Positions 40,348 to 50,521 of a DNA stretch of 64,000 nucleotides are shown piece after piece (position 1 is the stretch's first letter; every line of letters begins with the position of its first letter). The stretch is from an uncultured delta proteobacterium (GTDB lineage Bacteria > Myxococcota_A > Polyangia > Fen-1088). Under the pieces are notes generated by a model. It was not told where the DNA came from and made no database searches. It worked only from the letters and a program-made list of their open reading frames with translations. The DNA is taken from the NCBI GenBank assembly GCA_963737265.1, contig CAVTRY010000013.1, forward strand, positions 352,001 to 416,000, written 5' to 3'. The position numbers and the translations under genes are program-made.

Positions 40348-41738
40348 GGCTTATCCTCCAGGGTAGCGACGCCCGATGTCCAAGCCACGCCGCCTCGGCT
40401 ATCGCGCACCACCACGATGATGCGCGCCGTGGAGGGTGGATAGTCGCTGGATAGGGGCAAGGTCCAGGTGTTGCTGAGGGCCTGTTGGAACAATGTCGTG
40501 TCGACCCCGCCGTCCGCTCCGGCGCCAGACTGATCGTTGAGGTCCGGAAGATAGCCGGTCCTGCGACCGCCCTGGCCGTTGCTACCAAGGTCGCCCGCCT
40601 CGATAAACCAGGCGAAGTTGAGGCGCTCGAATTGTAGCGTCCCAAGGAGGTTGCCGTTGCTGTCGTACACGTCATCGAGCATCCATGGTTGAGGCATGCG
40701 CTCCGAGGACGAGCTGGGCACGTCCAGTTGGATGGACACGTGCTGGTTGCGCAGAATGGGAACGGTGCCTCGGTCATCCAACTCCCAGCCGGCAATCGGG
40801 GCAGAGGGAGCACCCGCATCCTCTCCTGCCGTGCCGGCAGTTGCAGCGGGACCATCGGCCCAGGCTGCGCCTCCGTCATCGTCGGACGTCGCCTGGTCAA
40901 CCGGCGCGCCATCGGCCGCGGCTGCTCCACCGTCGCTGTCGGCCGGTGCTGCGTCAAAGGCAGCGCCGTCGGTTGGCGGAATTGGAGCCGCATCGTAAGA
41001 CGGTATTGCCCCGCTCGGAAGCGGCGATGTGACGAAGATGCCGTTCATGATCGGGTTCAAGTTTCCCGCAAGACCGTCTTGCGTGGGCAGGTGGACGGTG
41101 ACGAACGCGGCCAGCGGGCTGAAGCCAGCGGGAAGCAAGGCTGGGCACGAAGGAGTGACGACCAATCTGATCGTGATCTGGAAGCCGATGGGCTTGGTCT
41201 TCGCTGGTGGGGTTTGGGTGTTTTCTCCGCTCGGGCGATCGCACTGAAACGGCAACGACTGTCCGCCGCCGTCAGGTTCCGCCGGCGCGCCAGCCGTGGA
41301 GAAGAGGCCTAGGTCTCCTCGACACAGGCCGTAGAGGAGGGCGGCAGGAAAGGGATTGGTGAAGGTCGCGGTTTCGCCGGTGCTGAAATTTTCGAGAGGC
41401 GTGGCCGCGCCTGCGCCGAGCGCACCAAGCGCCTGATCCATGCTCGCTTGGTCGATGGGGCACACATAGTTGTTGCTGGCATCCAGTACGTAGGGCAGCG
41501 GGCACCACGACCACGCATAGGTCGTTGCACCTGCGTCCGGGCACGCGCCGCCGTCGCCGGTCACGGGCGGTTGATAGACCAGCGCGCGCAGGGTAGTCGA
41601 TGTGCCGACGGTGGGCTGCGGTGGTTCGGCCTGGACCGCCAGGATGCGCGGCTGGATAAGCAGGTCGGGCCTGTTGAAATCGCTGTTGCCACAGCCCAGA
41701 AGTGCCAGCGTACCGGCGAGGAATATAGTTTTTCGCAT
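40344..41738 (-). CDS. Receptor-associated lipoprotein (distant paralog of 1260 and 12442)
   Basis: Lipobox LLGC; RILAVQAEPP; WFIEAG...NTWTLP...VVVRDSRGG. Confidence 0.85.
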   Translation of the reverse strand: MRKTIFLAGTLALLGCGNSDFNRPDLLIQPRILAVQAEPPQPTVGTSTTLRALVYQPPVTGDGGACPDAGATTYAWSWCPLPYVLDASNNYVCPIDQASMDQALGALGAGAATPLENFSTGETATFTNPFPAALLYGLCRGDLGLFSTAGAPAEPDGGGQSLPFQCDRPSGENTQTPPAKTKPIGFQITIRLVVTPSCPALLPAGFSPLAAFVTVHLPTQDGLAGNLNPIMNGIFVTSPLPSGAIPSYDAAPIPPTDGAAFDAAPADSDGGAAAADGAPVDQATSDDDGGAAWADGPAATAGTAGEDAGAPSAPIAGWELDDRGTVPILRNQHVSIQLDVPSSSSERMPQPWMLDDVYDSNGNLLGTLQFERLNFAWFIEAGDLGSNGQGGRRTGYLPDLNDQSGAGADGGVDTTLFQQALSNTWTLPLSSDYPPSTARIIVVVRDSRGGVAWTSGVATLEDKP

Positions 41739-41740
41739 AG

Positions 41741-42706
41741 TCAGTCGTCCGTGATTCGGAATCGGTAGGAGTACTTTTTGGTCGACGGCATGGCTTCGCC
41801 GTTGCGTGTTGCCGGTTCCCATTCCTGGGCCAGGGCGGCCTTCTTGGCATTGTCGTTGAACTCAGGGTAGGGCGACTCGTGCAGGATTTTCACGTTGGTT
41901 ACCTTGCCGGTGGCGTCGATAAAGACCAGCACCTCGACGTCCGCCTCGATGCCCTGTGCCTTGAGCGTGGGCGGAAAATCGGGCTTCACCTGTTTTTTGT
42001 ACTTCGCTTCGGTGAAGGTCACGCCCTTGGACGGAACGCGCGTGGCGGCCTGGTTGGCCGTCGTCGGCATTTCGGTGCCGTTCACTGGCGCCGGTCGCTC
42101 CTTGGGTACATCGTCCTTCTTCGCCGCGACCTTGTCGGTCTCGCCCAGCCGAGTATTGCCCACGGCAAAGGCGGGACCCTCGCCGCTGCCTTCGCCCACG
42201 GTGGACTCGAAGTTGAGGCCCACGATGCGCGGCGGGGGCTTCTTGTCCGGCTCTTTGGGCGGCTCCTCGATTTTGGGCGCCGGCGGTGCCTTGGTCACCA
42301 CCACGCGCTCGGGCTCCCTCTTTGGCTCAGGTGCCTTCTCGGGCTCTGGCTCTTTCGGCGGCGCCTCGTGCTCGCGCATTTCGATGGCGAGCTGTTCGCG
42401 GATTTGCGCCTTGTGCGCGCCGAGCCTGCCCACGCCGAAGGCCATGATGACGAAGCCGACGTGCAAACCGAGCGACACCAGCAGCATGAAGATGCCGAGA
42501 GCGGCGCGCAGCCAGCCCGGCATACGGTGCTGTTCGCGGCGAGTGCGAAATTCGGCGTGAATCGGCACGCGCACGTGGGTCAGGGCGCGTGCGCGCGAAG
42601 CTTGGCGCCGCCGCAACCTTTTCTCGACGAAAGGATTGGTCCGGGCTGGGCGCGTGCTTCGGCCGGGCTCGGGACCAGGCTTGCGCGAAGATGGCTTGAA
42701 TTCCAT
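41741..42706 (-). CDS. tonB: TonB
   Basis: TM with SLGLH, EP/KP linker, C-domain ending WEPATRNG. Confidence 0.88.
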   Translation of the reverse strand: MEFKPSSRKPGPEPGRSTRPARTNPFVEKRLRRRQASRARALTHVRVPIHAEFRTRREQHRMPGWLRAALGIFMLLVSLGLHVGFVIMAFGVGRLGAHKAQIREQLAIEMREHEAPPKEPEPEKAPEPKREPERVVVTKAPPAPKIEEPPKEPDKKPPPRIVGLNFESTVGEGSGEGPAFAVGNTRLGETDKVAAKKDDVPKERPAPVNGTEMPTTANQAATRVPSKGVTFTEAKYKKQVKPDFPPTLKAQGIEADVEVLVFIDATGKVTNVKILHESPYPEFNDNAKKAALAQEWEPATRNGEAMPSTKKYSYRFRITDD

Positions 42707-42721
42707 GACGAAGCAACTGGA

Positions 42722-43150
42722 CTAAGGAGCGTTTGGCGCTGCCTGGCGTTCGACGTCGAGAGCGAAGGCTGAGACGCCGTTGCGTTTGACGAGGTCGATC
42801 AAATCGACGACGTGGCCGTATTCGACGCCCTTGTCGGCCGCGATGACGGCCTGCAGTTTAGGGTTGGTGGCGCTCTCGCGTTTGACGAAAATTCCGATCT
42901 GTTCCGTCGTGGACGCCGCGCCGTTTAGCATCAGGCTGCCGTCCTTGTTGCACACGATGTTGACCGTGCTCTCGACGCGGGCGCCGCCGGTCGCGGCCTT
43001 GGGCAGGTTCACCACCAGGCTGGCGCGTACGATGGCGATCGAGGTCAGCATGAAGATGATGAGCAAGACGAGCACGATGTCGACGAACGGGATGATGTTG
43101 ATGCTGGCGAGCGGCCCTTCGTCCTCGCCGTTGCCGTTTTGTGCAGCCAT
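42722..43150 (-). CDS. exbD: ExbD/TolR
   Basis: INIIPFVDIVLVLLIIFM, AADKGVEYG. Confidence 0.92.
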   Translation of the reverse strand: MAAQNGNGEDEGPLASINIIPFVDIVLVLLIIFMLTSIAIVRASLVVNLPKAATGGARVESTVNIVCNKDGSLMLNGAASTTEQIGIFVKRESATNPKLQAVIAADKGVEYGHVVDLIDLVKRNGVSAFALDVERQAAPNAP

Positions 43151-43167
43151 GGTCGCGTCGCACCTAG

Positions 43168-43821
43168 CTAGGGGTTCTTGCCGGCGGACTTGAGCTCGGC
43201 CATGAGGACGCGCGACAGGGCCTCGGTGTTGGTCACCGAGTCTTTGACCATGCCCTTGAAGACGTTGTAGGCCACCACCGCCGGGATGGCCACGAGCAGG
43301 CCGACGGCTGTCGCGACCAAGGCCTCGGCGATGCCGGCCATGACGCCGGAGCTGGCATTGGCGATGTCTTTCGACATTTCCTTGAACGAGCGCACGATGC
43401 CGAGCACGGTGCCGAACAGGCCAATGTAGGGCGAGTTCGAAGCCAGCGTGGCAAGGATCGACAAGCGGCGCTCGTACTCGGCCTTGCCGCGGCTCATGGC
43501 GCCTGAAATCAAATCCTCGACCGACTCCGGGCCCTTTTCGTAGCCGCGCAGACCCGCGAGCGTGACGTTGGTTTCGAGGCTGTCGTACTTGGCGAGGAGC
43601 TTGGCCGCGGCGTCGAAATCGCCCTTGTCGAGCAGCTTGGAAAAGTCGTCCCGAACGGCCTCGAAATCGATCTTGCGCCGTCGGTAGAAGAACGAACGTT
43701 CGACCATCACGCCGACCGACAGCAGGGACAGCAGCAGTAGCAGGTAGATGACCCACTCGGAACGAAACACGGGCAGGGCGAGCAGACTTTGGACCAGACC
43801 TTGGGCAGCATTCGTATTCAT
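43168..43821 (-). CDS. exbB: ExbB/TolQ
   Basis: LATLASNSPYIGLFGTVLG...GIAEALVATAVG. Confidence 0.93.
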   Translation of the reverse strand: MNTNAAQGLVQSLLALPVFRSEWVIYLLLLLSLLSVGVMVERSFFYRRRKIDFEAVRDDFSKLLDKGDFDAAAKLLAKYDSLETNVTLAGLRGYEKGPESVEDLISGAMSRGKAEYERRLSILATLASNSPYIGLFGTVLGIVRSFKEMSKDIANASSGVMAGIAEALVATAVGLLVAIPAVVAYNVFKGMVKDSVTNTEALSRVLMAELKSAGKNP

Positions 43822-43924
43822 GACTTGTTCCTAAATAACACCGGAGCGACAGATTTTTGTCACCCCCCGCGTGGCGGCGGGTGTGATTCTTGTAGCGAAG
43901 CCACCACGCGGCGGCAAGCGAAGA

Positions 43925-44620
43925 CTACTTGGCCGACGGGCCGCCGCCGACCAGCCCGTTCATCTTCGCCGGGTCGAACGGCTTGGCCTTCTTGGTGATG
44001 GCCGCCTTCGCGCCCTTGCCCACGCCTGACAATTCCATGGTGGCCGCCGGAATTTGCATCGCGGATGGGGCGCCTTTTTCTACATCGGGCGTGGTACGCA
44101 CCTTGACGAGGCCGAGCGGCAGGACGGTCTCGTTGACCCAGACGTCGACGGTGCCCATGGCGTTCTTGTCGCGGAAATGGGACGTTTGAAAGGTTCCAGC
44201 CGGGACCTTGACCTCTTCCTTGCCGACCAGGGATTTGGGATCGGGGCGCTGGAACTTCTGCGCCGGCGTTTCGGTGGGCGCGATCATCGGCGCGTCGTCG
44301 CCAAATTGAATGACCATCGGCTTTCCCGGCTTGGCGTCGCTGGTGGGATCCGCGGCCAGCACCATGCGGAGCACGACCGGTTTGGCGACCGGCCCGCCCC
44401 GGGTGCTCATCTCCAGCGTGTTCGACTTGGCATCGCGGGCCACCAGCGCCCAGCGCGACGTCAGCGACATGCTTCCCATGCTCATGGCGTACTCGGCCCA
44501 GGACCCAATCTCGACCTTCTTGAGATCCACGACGAGCGGCATGGCCGCCGGTGCGCCCTGGGCTCTGGCGAATGAAGGTACCAACAGGGTAGCGAGCACA
44601 AGCGACGAAAGAAAGCGCAT
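43925..44620 (-). CDS. Secreted hypothetical protein
   Basis: Signal peptide ARA-Q; GSWAEY and EEVKVPAGTF motifs. Confidence 0.8.
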   Translation of the reverse strand: MRFLSSLVLATLLVPSFARAQGAPAAMPLVVDLKKVEIGSWAEYAMSMGSMSLTSRWALVARDAKSNTLEMSTRGGPVAKPVVLRMVLAADPTSDAKPGKPMVIQFGDDAPMIAPTETPAQKFQRPDPKSLVGKEEVKVPAGTFQTSHFRDKNAMGTVDVWVNETVLPLGLVKVRTTPDVEKGAPSAMQIPAATMELSGVGKGAKAAITKKAKPFDPAKMNGLVGGGPSAK

Positions 44621-44706
44621 GGGAACTCCTTGGCGCCCCTTCTACCCCAAGGCGGCGCCGCTGGCTTTGCCAAACTGCTACGACTTCCCGTTCGCCTCCA
44701 GCAAGG

Positions 44707-45190
44707 TCAGAGGCCGCCGCTGCCCCCTGGGGCCAGGTAGCCGGGGCACGCAGCCTCGAAAGCCTGGCAGGAAGCTGGGCTTGCCGTGAGATCGGTGGTG
44801 GTGCCACCGGTGCTCGAACTCGACAGCTCCGCCAGGGTGATCGCATTGCAGCCGGGGATGGCGTCAAGCAACTCATTGAGCGCGACAAGGGAATCCGTCG
44901 CGCACGCCGAGTATTGTGCGACTGTGGCCGTGCAGGCAGCAGGTATGGTATCGCAGGTTTGGGTGGTTGAACTGGCGGGGGCTGCCATGCACTGGTTGTA
45001 GGCGGACGTGCATGCGGCCCGCGCCGCTGCGTCGCTGGTCGAACCGGCGAAGGCGGCGGCCATCGTCGCAGCCATCTTGCACATGTCTGCCTTGGACACG
45101 GCCTTTAGCACGTATGCGTCAGTGTCGTTGCACAGTTGTGTGGTCTCGGCCGCCGTCAAGGTATTAAGGGGCTTGGTTCGGTTGGTGCGC
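44707..45190 (-). pseudogene. Cys-rich secreted protein, apparently lacking its N-terminus
   Basis: KPLNTLTAAETTQLC...CTATVAQYSAC; no signal peptide or good start. Confidence 0.55.
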
Positions 45191-45291
45191 GTCGCCTTGA
45201 CAGCGACCGGGACCGGGGTCTAGCTTGGCGTGGTTCTGACAAAACTCGCTCGCGCCAGAGCCGCCATCGCGGGTGTCGGGCCGTTTCGGTC

Positions 45292-46272
45292 ATGAAGATT
45301 GCGCTCACGTATGCGATTTTGTTCGTGCTGCTTGTCGGCGCGACGTGCGTGGCCCTGGTCGTGGGTCACGGCAGCCTGGCCGACCCGACACTGCGAGCCA
45401 CGCTGCTCGAACTGCGTGCGACCCGCGTCGCGGCCGCCTTGTTGGCGGGGGCGGCGTTAGCCGTTGGCGGTTCGGTGGTCCAGGGCGTGTTCCGCAACCC
45501 GCTCGTCAGCCCGTCGATCCTCGGCACCACCGCGGGCGCTAGTCTGGGCGGTCAGCTCGCCTTGCTCGCGCTTGCCTGGGGCTCAGCCGGTACTGCGATT
45601 CCACCCGAGCTCGTCATGCCCGTCGGTTGTCTAGCCGGCGCCGGCCTGTCGCTCGCCATCGTGCTGCTGTTCTGCCGCGAGCGCACCGGCACACTGATGC
45701 TGATCCTGACCGGCTTCATCCTCTCTTCGCTGTTTCTGGCCATCGGGGGCTTCGTGACCAGTCTGGCCCAGGATCAGTGGGACCTGAGTCGCGCCGTGGT
45801 GGCCTTCACTTTAGGAGGCGTGGGCGGCACCAGTCTGCGCCAGGTCGTGGCGGCTCTGCCCCTCGTGCTCGTGGGCCTCGGGGCTTGCTGGGCCTGGAGC
45901 GGCACCCTCGACGTCCTGCTCTCCGGCGAGGACGAGGCACGCACGCTCGGCGTCGAGGTCGGGCAGGCCCGCCGCTGGACAGTCGTGTGGGTCGCCGTGG
46001 TCACCTCGGCAGCCATCGCCGTGGGCGGCAACGTCGCCTTCGTCGGCCTGGTGGTTCCGCACGTCTTGCGCCCCATCGTGGGCGTGCGCCACCGCCGATT
46101 GATTCCGGCGGCCGCGCTTCTCGGCGGAACCTTCTTGGTCGGGTGCGATGTCATCGCCCGCGTGGTTCCGAGCCGCACCGAGCTTCCGCTTGGCGTGATC
46201 ACCGGCATCATCGGCGCGCCAGTCTTTCTTTTCCTGCTGGCCCGATCCTACCGCGAGGTCGAGCATGGCTAA
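45292..46272 (+). CDS. FecCD/BtuC-family ABC permease
   Basis: QGVFRNPLVSPSILG, GEDEARTLGV, FVGLVVPH, ELPLGVITGIIGAP. Confidence 0.93.
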   Translation: MKIALTYAILFVLLVGATCVALVVGHGSLADPTLRATLLELRATRVAAALLAGAALAVGGSVVQGVFRNPLVSPSILGTTAGASLGGQLALLALAWGSAGTAIPPELVMPVGCLAGAGLSLAIVLLFCRERTGTLMLILTGFILSSLFLAIGGFVTSLAQDQWDLSRAVVAFTLGGVGGTSLRQVVAALPLVLVGLGACWAWSGTLDVLLSGEDEARTLGVEVGQARRWTVVWVAVVTSAAIAVGGNVAFVGLVVPHVLRPIVGVRHRRLIPAAALLGGTFLVGCDVIARVVPSRTELPLGVITGIIGAPVFLFLLARSYREVEHG

Positions 46273-47044
46273 TGTGCCTCTCCTGCAGGCCTGCAACCTG
46301 ACCGTCGTCCACGGCCAGCGCAAGCTGCTCGACGACATCTCCGTCTCGCTCGACGCTGGCCAGATCCTTGCGCTGGTCGGCCCCAACGGCGCCGGCAAGA
46401 GCACGCTGATGAAGGCGTTGGCCGGCATCCTTTCGCCCCAGCAGGGCGAGATTTTCTTCGACGGTCAATCGCACGAGGCGCTTCCGCAGCGCGAGCGAGC
46501 TCGCCGCCTGGCCTACGTTCCCCAACACTCGGCCCTCGATGCACCCATGCCGGCCCGTGAAGTCGTGGCCCAGGGCCGCTTCCTTCATCGCGATCGTTGG
46601 GGGCGATCGTCCCCTGACGATGAAGGCGCCATTACCTCGGCGTTTGAAGCCACCGGCGCGCTGCACTTGGCAGATCGGCTTTTCACGCGCCTGTCCTACG
46701 GTGAGCGCCGGCTGGTTCTGCTCGCGCGCGCCCTGGCCACCGGCGCGCGCATTCTTCTGCTCGATGAACCGACGGCCGCGCTCGATGTCGCCCACGCGCT
46801 GTCGCTGCTGCACGTCCTGTGCGATCTGGCGGATCGTGGCCACGCCTTGATCGTGGCCCTGCACCAGCTCGACGAGGTCGCGGAGTTTTGCACCCAGGTG
46901 CTGCTCTTGCGCCAAGGCCGCGTCGTCCGCGCCGGCTCGGTCACGGATGTGATCGCCGCCGCGCCGGTGCGCGAAGTGTTCGGCGTCGATCTGATCCCTG
47001 GCGCCCATTTCGGCTACCGCATCGCCGGCGAGGGCAAGCCATGA
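46265..47044 (+). CDS. FepC/BtuD-type ABC ATPase
   Basis: GPNGAGKS, LSYGE, LLLDEPT. Confidence 0.93.
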   Translation: MANVPLLQACNLTVVHGQRKLLDDISVSLDAGQILALVGPNGAGKSTLMKALAGILSPQQGEIFFDGQSHEALPQRERARRLAYVPQHSALDAPMPAREVVAQGRFLHRDRWGRSSPDDEGAITSAFEATGALHLADRLFTRLSYGERRLVLLARALATGARILLLDEPTAALDVAHALSLLHVLCDLADRGHALIVALHQLDEVAEFCTQVLLLRQGRVVRAGSVTDVIAAAPVREVFGVDLIPGAHFGYRIAGEGKP

Positions 47045-48018
47045 ATCGCGTGGCGGTGGTGAATCTCTCGGCCTTCCTGCTCGCTCTCACGGGCACGCTG
47101 GCGCTCGCCTGGCCGCATTCGGATGCAACCGGTGGCAGGACCGTGTTGCGCGGGCACGCGAGTGGCGCGGCCCCGGCGCGAATTTCTCTCGGCAACGGCG
47201 CCTTCGCGGTGGCCGATGCTTCCCGCCACCTGGTTCCCCTGCGACGGTACCAGCGCATCGTCTCGACCAACCTCGTGACCGACCGCTTGCTGGTTGAGCT
47301 GTGCGAGCCCGCGCGCATTCGCGCCGTCACCACCGCGTCGGCCGAGCGCAAACGCGACGGTTACCGTTACCGAGGCTTGCCTACCGTGGACGGCTTCGGC
47401 CCCGTGGAGGCGATTTTGGCGTTGCAGCCCGATCTCGTGCTGACCAACAGCTTTGGTGCGCCCGCAAGCAGCGATCGATTGCGATCCGCAGGCGTGGAAG
47501 TCTTCGACCTCGGCGAGCTGCGCGGCACCGACAGTTTATCCAGGGTCGCGTGGAACCTCGGCGAGCTTCTCGGCGCACCCGAGCGTGCCCAGCGATTCGT
47601 GCAAAGCTTCTCCACTCGTATGCACAACGTGAGCGCGCGCATGGGTGCTCGCAAGCCCGTGCGCGCGATGTTCCTGTCCACGCTTGGCCCCGACCTGCAG
47701 GGCGGCACGCGCGGCACGTCGTATCACGACATCCTAGCTGCCGCCGGGCTCGACGACATCGCGGCCGAGCAGTACCGCGACTGGCCCGCCTATTCGGCCG
47801 AACAGGTGCTTGCCCTTGCGCCCGACATTTTTGTCACGCGCGAAGGCTTCGCCGCCGGGATCTGCAAATACCCCGGAATGGACCACGTGCCAGCCTGTCG
47901 CGGGAAGGGCCGCATCGTCGAGCTGCCCGGCGAGCTGCTCGACGAGCCCGGCATCGCCATGCTCGAGGCGGCAGAAGATCTGTTCGCACTGGTGTACGGC
48001 CCGTACGGCCCGCCGTAG
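47041..48018 (+). CDS. BtuF/TroA-like substrate-binding protein
   Basis: RIVSTNLVTDRLL, VEAILALQPDLV, SAEQVLALAPD. Confidence 0.88.
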   Translation: MNRVAVVNLSAFLLALTGTLALAWPHSDATGGRTVLRGHASGAAPARISLGNGAFAVADASRHLVPLRRYQRIVSTNLVTDRLLVELCEPARIRAVTTASAERKRDGYRYRGLPTVDGFGPVEAILALQPDLVLTNSFGAPASSDRLRSAGVEVFDLGELRGTDSLSRVAWNLGELLGAPERAQRFVQSFSTRMHNVSARMGARKPVRAMFLSTLGPDLQGGTRGTSYHDILAAAGLDDIAAEQYRDWPAYSAEQVLALAPDIFVTREGFAAGICKYPGMDHVPACRGKGRIVELPGELLDEPGIAMLEAAEDLFALVYGPYGPP

Positions 48019-48032
48019 TTGCGCTTCGGCCG

Positions 48033-48452
48033 TCACAGCTTCGTTTCGGTCAGCTCCAAGATGCGCGCGAATTCCTCCGCCGTCACCGGGCTAACGCTGA
48101 GCCGCGGCCGCCGTAGCAAGGCCATCGCGGCGAGCTTCTTTTCGGCCTTGAGCGCGCCCAGGTCGACGGGCTTGGCCACCGCCTTGACCGGAGCCAGATC
48201 GACCACCGACCAGTCTCCCTCCTTCGCCGTGGGATCGGCGTACGCCTCCTTGACCACCTTGGCGACCCCGACAATCTCCTTGCCTTCGCCCGAGTGGTAG
48301 TAGAAGACGAGGTCGCCGCTCTTCATCGCGCGCAAATTGTTGCGAGCGGCGAAGTTGCGCACGCCCTCCCAGCGCGTGCGCCCATCCTTCACCAGCTGCC
48401 GCCACGAATACGTGGAGGGTTCGCTCTTCACCAACCAATGATTCGCCGTCAT
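48033..48452 (-). CDS. EVE-domain protein
   Basis: WLVKSEP, WEGVRNFAARN, FYYHS, RLSVSPV. Confidence 0.93.
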   Translation of the reverse strand: MTANHWLVKSEPSTYSWRQLVKDGRTRWEGVRNFAARNNLRAMKSGDLVFYYHSGEGKEIVGVAKVVKEAYADPTAKEGDWSVVDLAPVKAVAKPVDLGALKAEKKLAAMALLRRPRLSVSPVTAEEFARILELTETKL

Positions 48453-48495
48453 GGTCGACGAATTCTACCCGATTCCCCGCCAACGCCAGCCGACC

Positions 48496-48940
48496 CTACC
48501 GCTTCGGCGGTTGAGCGCCGCCCTTGCCGCCACCCTTGCCGAAGCGTTTCCAGACCACGGAGTCGAGTGCGTAGCGGCCGCAACCCAGGAGCAGAATGGT
48601 CAGGCTGGCGGCGAAGTAGAGCATCCACACCTCGCGCTCGCGCCAGGATGTGCCGTGCAGGCCGGAAAAAAGGCTCAGCGCGACGACGAAGGAAAGCACG
48701 AAGGCAGCGGCGCGGCCCACGAGCCCGGTGGCCAGCAATATGCCGCCGACGAATTCGCCGGCGATGGCCAGGATGAGCGAATATTTGTGGCCCATGCCGA
48801 GTGGGTCGGGAAAGGCGCCGACCTGCGAGCTGTAGTGGTGCAGCCTTGTCCCAGCCGTGCAGGCAGGCGACGTTGACGCCCACCACGGCACGCAGCACTA
48901 GTAAGGCGAAGTTGGAAGGTAGTTCCCTGCTGATTGCCAC
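48496..48940 (-). CDS. DoxX-family membrane protein; frameshift near 48845
   Basis: LLVLR...HGWDK then FPDPLGMG...EFVGG...GCGRYALD in a second frame. Confidence 0.8.
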
Positions 48941-49218
48941 GGCCGAAGAGTGGCACGATCGCCCCTCGACCCCCAAAAAATCTGTCGTTTGAGGCAGCCA
49001 GCGGCGGTGCTGGCAGCGGGGGAAACGGGCCTGTGTCGCGGCGGTCTTCGCGCGACGCTCAGCATTCGACTGAACGGAGGCACTCATGCACGTCGCCAAC
49101 CCACTTGAGCCGCCCAAGAACTGTTCCCTATCAGCCGATGCTGATGGGCGAATGGCCGGCGTGCTAGCATGGCGACCGCTTCACAGGTCAAAGAAAACTT
49201 CAGCAACGAAGGAAGCCC

Positions 49219-49446
49219 ATGAAACGCCTCTTTATCACGTCGGTCGTAAGCTTGGTCGCTGGCCTCATTCTCGGCCTCGTTGCTGGCCGGCGGCTGCCGC
49301 CGTCAGGCGAGCAAGTTGAGAGCTACCTCAACAACCTGAGCGTCGGCGAGTTTTCGAATTTCGCCAAGCGTGTGAATGCCCAGTTGGGTTTCCATGCCTT
49401 CCCGGAGCGCCTCCTGCCCGGGACCGCCGCCGAGCCCAGCAAGTAG
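49219..49446 (+). CDS. Small membrane protein, hypothetical
   Basis: RBS AAGGA, N-terminal TM helix. Confidence 0.6.
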   Translation: MKRLFITSVVSLVAGLILGLVAGRRLPPSGEQVESYLNNLSVGEFSNFAKRVNAQLGFHAFPERLLPGTAAEPSK

Positions 49447-49451
49447 CAGCT

Positions 49452-50456
49452 TCAGCTCCGCGGTCCCGGCTGATCGCCGCCGACCGCGGCAATGGTTTCT
49501 TCCACCGTGGGCAGCGCCGAGCGCGCGCCGATACTGCGACACACGAGGCCGGCGGCAGCGTTGGCAAACGGGACGGCTCGCTCAAGCGGCCAGCCATGCA
49601 TGTGCGCGAACGCGAACGCGCCCGCGAACGCGTCGCCCGCGCCCGAGGTGTCGGCGACGAAAATGTCGAGGGCTTCCTGCTCGACCAGCTTCGTGCCTTC
49701 GAGTCCGACCGCGCCGGATTCGCCCATGGTCAGCAGGGCGATGCGCGGGCCGAGATTGAGGATCTCGCGCAGGCTGTCGCCCAGGTTGTCCGCGGGCGCG
49801 AGCTCGTGGGCGAAGCGCTCGGAGCCGATGACGATATCAGACAGCGAAAGAAGCTCGCCCATGCCACCGGAAAGCTGGCTGGCATTGAGCAGAACCTGGA
49901 TGCCTTTGTCGCGGGCCTTTTCGGCGACGGCGGCCTGCAAGGCGGGCTGGGTTCCGTCGATGACCAGCATGGCGGCGCCGTCAAGCAGGTGCGCGGGCAG
50001 GTCGCGCGGAGTCAGCGGCGTCACGTTGCCGCGCGAGCGCAGGATTTTTCGCCGTCGGGTGAGCTCGTCGATTTGCAGCACCGACACCGGCGACACCTTG
50101 TCCTTCTCGATGGAAAGCATCGAGGTGTCGATGTGGAGGTTCTGCATGCTGCGCAGAATGAAGTGGCCGTGTTCGTCGTCGCCGATACGGCCGAAGAAGC
50201 GCGTGTTGGATCCCATTACCGCCAGCGTCGCCACCATGTTCGACGCCGACCCGCCGGCCTGCATGCTGAAAACCGGAGCGTCGACGAGGCGTTCGTCAAT
50301 GCGCGGGGACAGGAACAGCAAATCGACGGTTGCGAGACCGACGCCGACGACGACGCCCCGAGGCTGCGCCGGCCGGGCCTTCGCGGTTTTCTTTTCCGTT
50401 GTCCTAGCCCTGCTTTTGACACGGGCTGGTTTGCGAACAACTCGTCGTTTCGTCAC
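49452..50456 (-). CDS. PfkB-family carbohydrate kinase
   Basis: GGSASN, GRIGDDEHG, DTSGAGDAF. Confidence 0.93.
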   Translation of the reverse strand: MTKRRVVRKPARVKSRARTTEKKTAKARPAQPRGVVVGVGLATVDLLFLSPRIDERLVDAPVFSMQAGGSASNMVATLAVMGSNTRFFGRIGDDEHGHFILRSMQNLHIDTSMLSIEKDKVSPVSVLQIDELTRRRKILRSRGNVTPLTPRDLPAHLLDGAAMLVIDGTQPALQAAVAEKARDKGIQVLLNASQLSGGMGELLSLSDIVIGSERFAHELAPADNLGDSLREILNLGPRIALLTMGESGAVGLEGTKLVEQEALDIFVADTSGAGDAFAGAFAFAHMHGWPLERAVPFANAAAGLVCRSIGARSALPTVEETIAAVGGDQPGPRS

Positions 50457-50521
50457 GGCCTTATGGTACCGCAGTTTATGTTTTTTCTACATCTTCCGGT
50501 CTGGCCGATTTGGCCGATCAT

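Noticed and set aside
44620-45292. Cobalamin riboswitch or Fur box upstream of the ABC genes
   Set aside because: No B12-box or Fur consensus recognised, so the substrate is left unassigned
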